DNA of 45,465 nucleotides from NCBI RefSeq assembly GCF_006345805.1, contig NW_021834285.1, positions 1 through 45,465 of the forward strand. Reading direction: 5' to 3'. Under the pieces are notes generated by a model. That model saw only the letters and a program-made list of their open reading frames with translations. It was not told the origin of the DNA and made no database searches. The stretch comes from Octopus sinensis (lineage: Eukaryota). How positions within the stretch are numbered: position 1 is the first letter of the stretch; each line of letters starts with the position of its first letter. Made by a program: the position numbers and the translations under genes. This document shows, in pieces, positions 38,521 to 45,465 of this stretch.

Positions 38521-39388
38521 TACTTATTAAGAACAATAATGTTTTTTTAATTTTTAAAAAGTCAAAAATAAATTTCTGACAGCAATAAAATATGAAGATT
38601 TTGTCAATTTTTGCAAATTCGTTTTTGTAAAGGAAGTTTTAAAAAATTCATTTTAAAATGCGTCTTTATGAAAAGATTTCTGTACTTGTGCATCTCATGC
38701 ATCACAAAATAAGGCTCTAAATAAAAAAATATAATTACTTTATTTAAAACCGTAGATTCACAAGTACCAAAATTTTCTTTAAATAATTATTTTTGTAACT
38801 GAGACGTATCTCTGTATTTTTTACAGATAATTTAATGGAATTGGCATATAAAAAATAAAATTGTAATTGACATTTTAAAATATCTTATTACATGATGCTT
38901 TTCACTTTTAATTTTTAGATTCGCACATTTACAATTATCTGTCAAATAACTAAAAAATTTCTTATTAAACTGGGGGACCTGGCAAGCAGAAGGAGAAATT
39001 ATCATCGGGCTTTTCCAACGCATATCAATAGTCATCTTGTGTGGGAATTGCCATTCCATCTTATCCTCTGCTGCTAGTTAAATAATTGTTTCTGTAGTTT
39101 CAAGACTGTCGTTTGAACAAATACGACAGCCAGTCGTATTATCTGTCACCCCCGATAAAATCCAACTTGAATTTCTAGCAGACTATAATTGTAATTTTTT
39201 TTTTGTATTTTACATGAAATATCAAGGGAAACAGATAGTTTGTCTTTTTATTAGCTTTTGCCTGTATCCTATAAATTTTTCAATGAGTCTCCCAGAGTTT
39301 ATAACACAATATATGTAATTTCAATTTATTCCAATTATTATTATTTTGTGTGAAATTAAATTAAAAGAATAAATATATTCGCGCTTGT

Positions 39389-39829
39389 ATGTCTGTTCAG
39401 GTTTATTCCAAGTGTATTTTGGAAATATTAAAATTATTACGCCAAAATTTCGATTCCAACGAGGAATTTAAAACAGTTAGAATTCTGAAACATCAATTAA
39501 ATAGGTTTTTGAATATATGACAAATCAGCTTACTGAATCAGACCTTCTGGTTCTTTTATCCTTATATCACATTCTAGAAACAACTTCCTCTAAATGAAGA
39601 TACGGTTTATTGCCGACTTGCATCAGCCCCGTAAGTTAACATTGATTATCTTAAAGAGATTGTAAATTAGAGGACATTGTAGCTCTCAGTAACAGTTATT
39701 ATGGCTATGATATTTTAAAAGACCGAAATATTCGACAAACTTCAGAAAGTCCAGATTTGTTAAAAACTAATTTCGAATCGGAAAAGGAAACTAATTATTT
39801 TTCTGCAGTAAATAGTTCCACAGATTGTA
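39389..39829 (+). pseudogene. Unrecognised intron-containing gene cut by a Tc1 insertion
   Basis: GT-AG introns of 29, 28 and 26 nt splice to an open frame MSVQVYSKCILEILKLLRQNF...SSTDC that ends at the TA target of the Tc1. The true start may be upstream. Confidence 0.6.
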
Positions 39830-40640
39830 CAGTGCCTGACAAAAAAAATTGGATTTGTAATAAATCGACTTTTTTTAAAAATAAATTATAATTTAATTTT
39901 CTTACATCATTCTTGGCAAAATTAGAATTATTTTTTTAATTTTTAAAATTATTTTTGGTTTTTAGAATTTAATTTTAAAGCAGAATTTAAAAATTGCCGG
40001 ACAAAAAAATTTGGATTTGGACAAAAAAAATTGGATTTTCGTATAAATGAAGCGTGATTCAAAAATCCATTTATCTGATTTTACAAAAAGAGTAATAATT
40101 AGATATTACTCTTCAGGAAAAACAATTGAAGAGATATCTAAAATACTGAAAATTCCCAGATCGACCGTGGGATTTGTGACAAGAAAATTTTCCAAAGAAG
40201 GCACCACTACGCGAAAAATTAAATCTGGACGTTTACCGAAACTCTCATCAGATCAAAAAAACACAATACAATTAATCTCGAGGGATGAACCCTCAATTTC
40301 TGCTGTGTCTCTTTCTGAGATAACAAAAACTCAATTTAATGTGGACGTATCTCCCAGAACAATTGGTCGTATACTAAATTCATTTGGATTACATGCCCGA
40401 GTTGCAAAACACAAACCTCTTTTAACATCAAAAAACATCAATTCCAGATGGTTAATTGCGAAAAAGTTTTTAGCCATATCTGACGAAGAATGGAAGAAAG
40501 TCATCTTCTCCGATGAGTCATGTTTTGAGGTTTATATCAGCAAAATAAGGATCTATAACAGCAAAAAAAACGGTACTGCATATGAAAAGTCCAATATCGT
40601 ACCTACTGTTGAGTATGGTGGAGGAAAGTTTTAACTATAA
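39830..40640 (+). mobile_element. Tc1 transposon, 3'-truncated
   Basis: TA|CAGTGCCTGACAAAAAAAATTGGATTT left TIR with inner repeats; ORF 40047-40634 has paired-like HTH, GRLPK, VIFSDESCF and ends at GGGKF. Confidence 0.9.
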
Positions 40641-40649
40641 ATTGTTGTC

Positions 40650-41320
40650 TTCTTAGTCTCTCGGATTCCATTTTTCATGTTTTTCCATTTTTTCTGTTAT
40701 TCTGGAATCACGGAGGCTTTGTCTCTTGGCTCGACGACCAAAGGCAGGTCCCTCAATTCGACACTACTCCTTCATCACACACAACACTTCTTCCCCCACT
40801 TGCTTTTGGAGATCAAGCAGTCCAATCGCCTTCTACTCGATCAAAGCCTATCCTTTGATTGTCCTCACTAAGACTGTTCAAAACTCCCGCCAGACTTTCC
40901 GATCGATATTTTAATTGTTGTTTTATTCTGAAAAATCGATAAAATATATTACATATTTTCCCGCTCTTTTAATAATATGTTCATGTCTATTTTCTAGTGG
41001 TGATTATTTTTTCAGGAATACAAGTGGGTTTATGATTCCTAAATCACCATTAGAGTTCAGAAGGGATTGGTAATCCACGTTTGATTAGTTGATATGTGCT
41101 TATTTGGGCTTTTATTTTGTTTAGTTGGGTAGTTGTGACCTGAGAAGCAAGTTGTCTCATTTCGTTGGTTAGCTGGGAATTGGGTTCCTGTTCGAGGGAA
41201 GAGGAATCCTTCTCAATCTAGGTGATTTGGGTAATATGTTACATTTCTTGCGTTTGTTAGGTAGGAAGGGACTGGTGTTGGTACTTTTTGGGCGATATCC
41301 GGCTGAGAAGTATAAATCAT
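40650..41320 (-). pseudogene. BRG1/BRM (SMARCA4/2-type SWI/SNF ATPase) N-terminal fragment
   Basis: QLQ domain TQLNKIKAQISTYQLIKRGLPIPSEL; LLKERENII, ALIE*KAIGLLDLQKQV and KRQSLRDSRITEKMEK match the QLQ-to-HSA region. Stops at ~41051, 40834 and 40765; introns retained; ATPase absent. Confidence 0.85.
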
Positions 41321-41330
41321 TTCGACCACA

Positions 41331-41990
41331 ATGAACGTGTATTATTAATTAAAAAAAGGTAAAAACGCAAACAAAAAACCAACACAAGACGAATTATCCA
41401 CAAATAATGACCTCCAAGGATTTGTCTGCCCTTCATGTTTCGGGAATTTTGATACTTGCGAAGAATTATCAGTTCACTTTTCAACCATCAAGTCCACAAA
41501 TATATATACTAAAATGGACAACAAGAATTGTTGACCGACGACAAAAATGTGATGCAACAACAAATTGACAGCCTTCAACTAATAAAGAAACAGTTGGAAA
41601 AGCACAAATCCAACTTGGAGCAAGAATGTCAAAAATTAAGAGCAGAATCGGCACTTTTCAGAGAAAAGCACATCAAAAATTGAATTTTGTTGTTTTAATG
41701 TATTATATTAGTAGATCAAAGCAGATTTGGCACGATTTAGACAAGAGCAGGCCGATCTGAGTGAATATTGGAGAGGAAGGCTCGATTTGATGAAAAAACA
41801 TGCCAAATCAACTTGTATTGAAGTTTCAAAAAGTCGGGTCAATAAATTGGCCCAAAACCTGCAAAAATATATCAAAAAATCACAAAAACTTGCAATTTCG
41901 CTAAGAAAAAACTTGACAATAACACAAATACTATCAAAAAACTTGTTTTCTAATTCATTTATGTTTATTAAATGGATTATTAAATGTTTT
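41331..41990 (+). pseudogene. C2H2 zinc finger plus coiled coil, EEA1/rabenosyn-5-like N-terminus, decayed
   Basis: QGFVCPSCFGNFDTCEELSVHF resembles the EGF(I/L)CP..C...L..H finger, followed by heptad-rich QQQIDSLQLIKKQLEKHKSNLEQECQKLRAE; frameshifts and stops. Confidence 0.55.
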
Positions 41991-42459
41991 TTGTCAACAG
42001 TCTCCAATATTCAAAGTATGACTACTATTTCAAGAAGGTGTCTTAAGTTTGGACTGATTTTTAGACTTTTTATAAAAATGAGACACTTTTTGGTCAGATT
42101 GGACAACTTGAGACTCAAATTTCTTTTTTTGTCCAGTCGGCGGGGACGGATGAGACGTCTCATGGCATTACCGCAGCCTGGATATTAGTTTTACTTCCTT
42201 GAACATGGAATTGATGTGATGAGTAGTTGGTAATGGAGTAGTCCAGTCAGTCGGGTTTGTCCATTCATTGAGTCACTCAATCTGGCTGACTGTCCTCTCC
42301 TCACTGACTAGATGGACGTCCTCCCCCTTTCAGTGTAGTGAGTGTGGTGGTCTCCAACTGTCCTCAGGACAGAACAGGTCGGAAAGTCGTTTGTTTTTGT
42401 TAGGAAAAACTTTTAAATAAAGTCGAGGCAGTCCGAATTATGAATATCGAACAAACCGC

Positions 42460-45060
42460 GTCTTTTGACGAAGCTATGAAATGCAAGGAACTGGAATGCT
42501 CCTGTCGAGTTGAATAAAACGTGCTTTATTTACATAGATTGAAGATTTGACCAAACAAATCAGTTTTACCGAACAAGAAAATGCCAAGCTTGGCCAAAAA
42601 TGTCGACATTTTGTGATCTTGAGCAAAAAATGAGTTTAATCCGAACTTTCCTTCCAAAACTCGCCACTTCGCTTCTTTCGTCCGAAAACATGCTTGATTC
42701 AATTATCCTGAGTTGTACAGTCAACAGGAGAAAGTCGAAATTGTCAGGAGAGGCATTAAAAAGGACAGCCAGTTTAATTCGTGAAGAGATGACCACCACA
42801 AAACTATTAATATCGTCTCATTTCCAAATTACAAGCGAGGAAATTGCCACATTTGCTCATTCTATACGTCAAATTGAACTTGTCAGATCTGCGGAGTGGA
42901 AATGGACTTGTCTTGGCCTCTTTGAATCACGGCTTACGAGCATATCTTTAGCCTATTCGAATATTAAACAAGTTGTGGAGGCCAATCAGTGTTCAATGAG
43001 TCAAAATTTACAAGTTTTAAAGAACCTGATAATTGGACACTCCCTTAGAGTGAATAAAGTGAAAATTGGGTCTTGGAATTTATTGAAAGATGAAGTTATT
43101 GGCCTAAAAGGATGGGTTGATGAGACACGTGGCAGGCTGGTTTGCCATCGAGATGAGATTGATTCGATTCTTGTCAGTCTTCTTGTGCCAGTAATTAACT
43201 GTAATCGACGAATCCGGATATTAATGAATCAGACTGAATTGACAATGTCGAGAATCGAGACTTTTGCATCCCAAACAACTCCAATTATTGAAAAAATGAC
43301 GAATCTCGTGTTCTCCGTTCGTGCTCAATTAAGAACGTTGGACAAGCATTCTAATTTGCTACTTTTGTTGAAACAAAATGTCGAATCAATTGGCAAGTTT
43401 TACGAGTGTCTCAGAATGATGGATTTGAGAATGATTCGAATTACACAAAAAAGTTTATACAACTTTAATTTGACGCAACAAAAATTGATATTAAAATGTT
43501 AATCACAGTCCAATCAGATTAGGATTTGGGAAGCAAAAACCGAGAAGAATCGTCTCTTTCTAATAAATTTGATTGTCAATGCCGAAAGACTGCATTTTAG
43601 ATCAGTCGAACTGAAAGAACTGTGTTTGGAGTCAGCTGACAGGGGAGAACACATTAAATGCTATTTTTTCGATGTTTTGAATCGTTTTTAATATTTAAAT
43701 TCAGTTTTTAAGGTTGTAAATACTATTTTATAATATAGGGTTTTCGGATCAATATAATAATTTTTCGAATCATATAATAATTTTTCGAACCAATATAATA
43801 ATTTTTCGAATCATATAATAATTTTTCGAATCAATATAATAATTTTTAAATTCAAAGAATTTTTAAATTCAAAGAAATTCAAAGAAAAAAAGATCAAAAA
43901 GAGTAAATTATCGTTATTCTTGAATCACTTCAGAATTTGAGCATCTATTCAAATACGTTAACATCTTTCTGTAGAAGGATCCGCAATGTTCACTTGTTAT
44001 TTCGTTGAATTTAGATGTAATTAGGCATCTAAGATCTTTTTCATTCTTGGCTTTCCCACGGACTACCAAGTTTTTCCATACTGAAAAAACATTTTCAATA
44101 GGATTTAAAAATGGACAGTATGGTGGCAAAAATTTCCTGATTATAGTTGATACTTCAGTATCATTTTCCAGTCCACGGTAGTGATGAATCCTTCCTCGAG
44201 AAGGTCTTGTAACGACCTTAAAGCCAACTTCATCCAAAAATATTAAAGCTTTATCATTATGCAAAGCTTCCAAATTTGTGAAATCTGATGCATATTGTCT
44301 TCTGCTTTCTATAGTTGAAACTGAGTTTCTTCTTTCTGGCATTAATGTAACTCTTTTAAGAGTATAATGAAAAGAATTTAAAGCCTTGGCGACGGTGCTC
44401 AGTAATAATTTCAAATTAAATTTAAAAAATATCCATTCGCACAAATCCTTCAAAGATCTGGTGCAATCTTCATCAACATAATCAACTAATTCTTGTTTCA
44501 TTTCGTCTGTTAGCTTAGACCTTCTATCTCCACCACGTTTAGGTGGAATAACTTCCCCCGTTTTAAAGAACTTTTTCAAAATACTGTTAACTTCTCTCAC
44601 ATCATTAGATATTATTTGTCGGCGAACCATCGCTGGTTCGATTGAATATTCAGAAGCATTTTGATTATGTAAATCCATTAACAGTAAATTCAGGTCAATA
44701 AAATTTAAATTTTATTAAATTTAAAAATTATTATATTGATTCAAAAAATTATTATATTGGTTCGAAAAATTATTATATTGATCCGAAAACCCTATACTTA
44801 GAACTAATTAACCAAGCCGACGCTGTCCATATATCTAGAAAACAGGAGATTGACTGCCTTTTAATACAAAATGCTGATTTACAGCAAAAAATGACGAAAA
44901 TTGCAATTCAATCACAAAATTAAACTTTGAGCTGACACAATCAACAAATTCATTCAAAATAAGCTTAGACAAACTACAAATTCAAACAAGCGAGAAAGAA
45001 GGTTGTTGTGTGTTGACTGACTGGTTAGTATAGGACTTGGATAAATTTTGAAATTCATAG
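42460..45060 (+). pseudogene. Coiled-coil-rich hypothetical gene (ORF 42600-43502 plus flanking exons), interrupted by a transposon
   Basis: 300-aa ORF with no recognised domain; the same frame continues after TAA at 43500-43502, and coiled-coil-like reading resumes after 44800. May be part of the 41331 gene. Confidence 0.4.
43736..44794 (-). mobile_element. IS630/Tc1-like (DDE_3 type) transposon, internally deleted, with open 254-aa ORF
   Basis: TIRs TAGGGTTTTCGGATCAATATAATAATTTTTCGAA with 21-22-bp subterminal repeats; TA TSD. ORF 43914-44678 has KRGGDRR, IFLDEVGF and LPPYCPFLNPIENVFS. Confidence 0.9.
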
Positions 45061-45104
45061 TATTTCATCGATAGTATAGGACTTGGATAAATTTTGAAAT
45101 TCAT
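45026..45104 (+). repeat. 33-bp direct repeat, 2 copies
   Basis: tagtataggacttggataaattttgaaattcat at 45026 and 45072. Confidence 0.85.
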
Positions 45105-45109
45105 TTAGA

Positions 45110-45375
45110 AATCCTTCGATGTTAACTTTTTTTATCAGTTTTCACCTGCCCATGCAATTTTCTCAGACGGAATTCATGTCTTTTTTCGAACTTGAACAAG
45201 AACTTTTAAAAAATGTATTATTTATCCATATTTTTTTTATTTTTTATTTAAAAATTTTAAAAAATTGTGGCGAATTTCAGAATTGGCGAATTTCCATTGA
45301 AACTAGAATTTTTTTAAAAAAGGCGAATCTAAGAATTGGCGAATTTAAGAATGGCGAATTTGGGGGTATTCACTG
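45110..45375 (-). mobile_element. pogo-type 5' end relic
   Basis: Terminal CAGTGAATACCCCCAAATTCGCC with flanking TA and repeated TTCGCC motifs; relic KFEKRHEFRLRKLHG. Confidence 0.7.
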
Positions 45376-45465
45376 TATTAATATAAGGAATCTCTGGTAT
45401 CTCAAGATTGAAGAACGGGACGAAGAGACCAGAGAACAGTTTTTAGCAATGAAACTCAAAAACGT

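Noticed and set aside
38832-39250. Minus-strand 75-aa ORF and upstream Cys-containing frame
   Set aside because: No recognisable family and I could not build a consistent spliced model.
43738-43850. Regular 21-22-bp repeats resembling a CRISPR array
   Set aside because: No unique spacers or cas genes; the repeats are mirrored at the other end of a TA-flanked transposon.

Overview
AT-rich eukaryotic nuclear DNA, most likely from a genome-reduced parasite. The GH20, NPL4-NZF and UBA52 features look animal-like; a dicyemid, a myxozoan or a similar lineage are candidates, but this is inference. Host genes are broken by very short spliceosomal introns, mostly 22-33 nt, which is why the ORF track shows them as fragments. 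By manual splicing I reconstruct four apparently intact host genes: LAS1-like (runs off the left edge), ubiquitin-RPL40 (UBA52), a secreted GH20 hexosaminidase-like protein that has lost its catalytic residues, and a compact divergent Raptor. Damaged gene copies are NPL4 (5'-truncated by a CRE retroelement and frameshifted), kinesin-14 (P-loop deleted), a BRG1/BRM N-terminal fragment, an EEA1/rabenosyn-like zinc-finger coiled-coil remnant, and an unknown gene cut by a Tc1. Most of the remaining DNA is transposon-derived: pogo elements and MITEs, Tc1/IS630-like elements, a near-intact intron-bearing hAT/Buster element with perfect TSD, about seven CRE-clade endonuclease fragments, R4-like and APE-type LINE remnants, and LTR remnants. 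The best leads are a candidate tRNA-Thr-headed SINE with a CRE-LINE tail, the GH20 pseudoenzyme, transposases carrying host-type micro-introns (one GT-AT), and a kinesin-14 lacking its P-loop lysine. No CRISPR array, rRNA or intact tRNA was found. Some frameshifts may be consensus errors.
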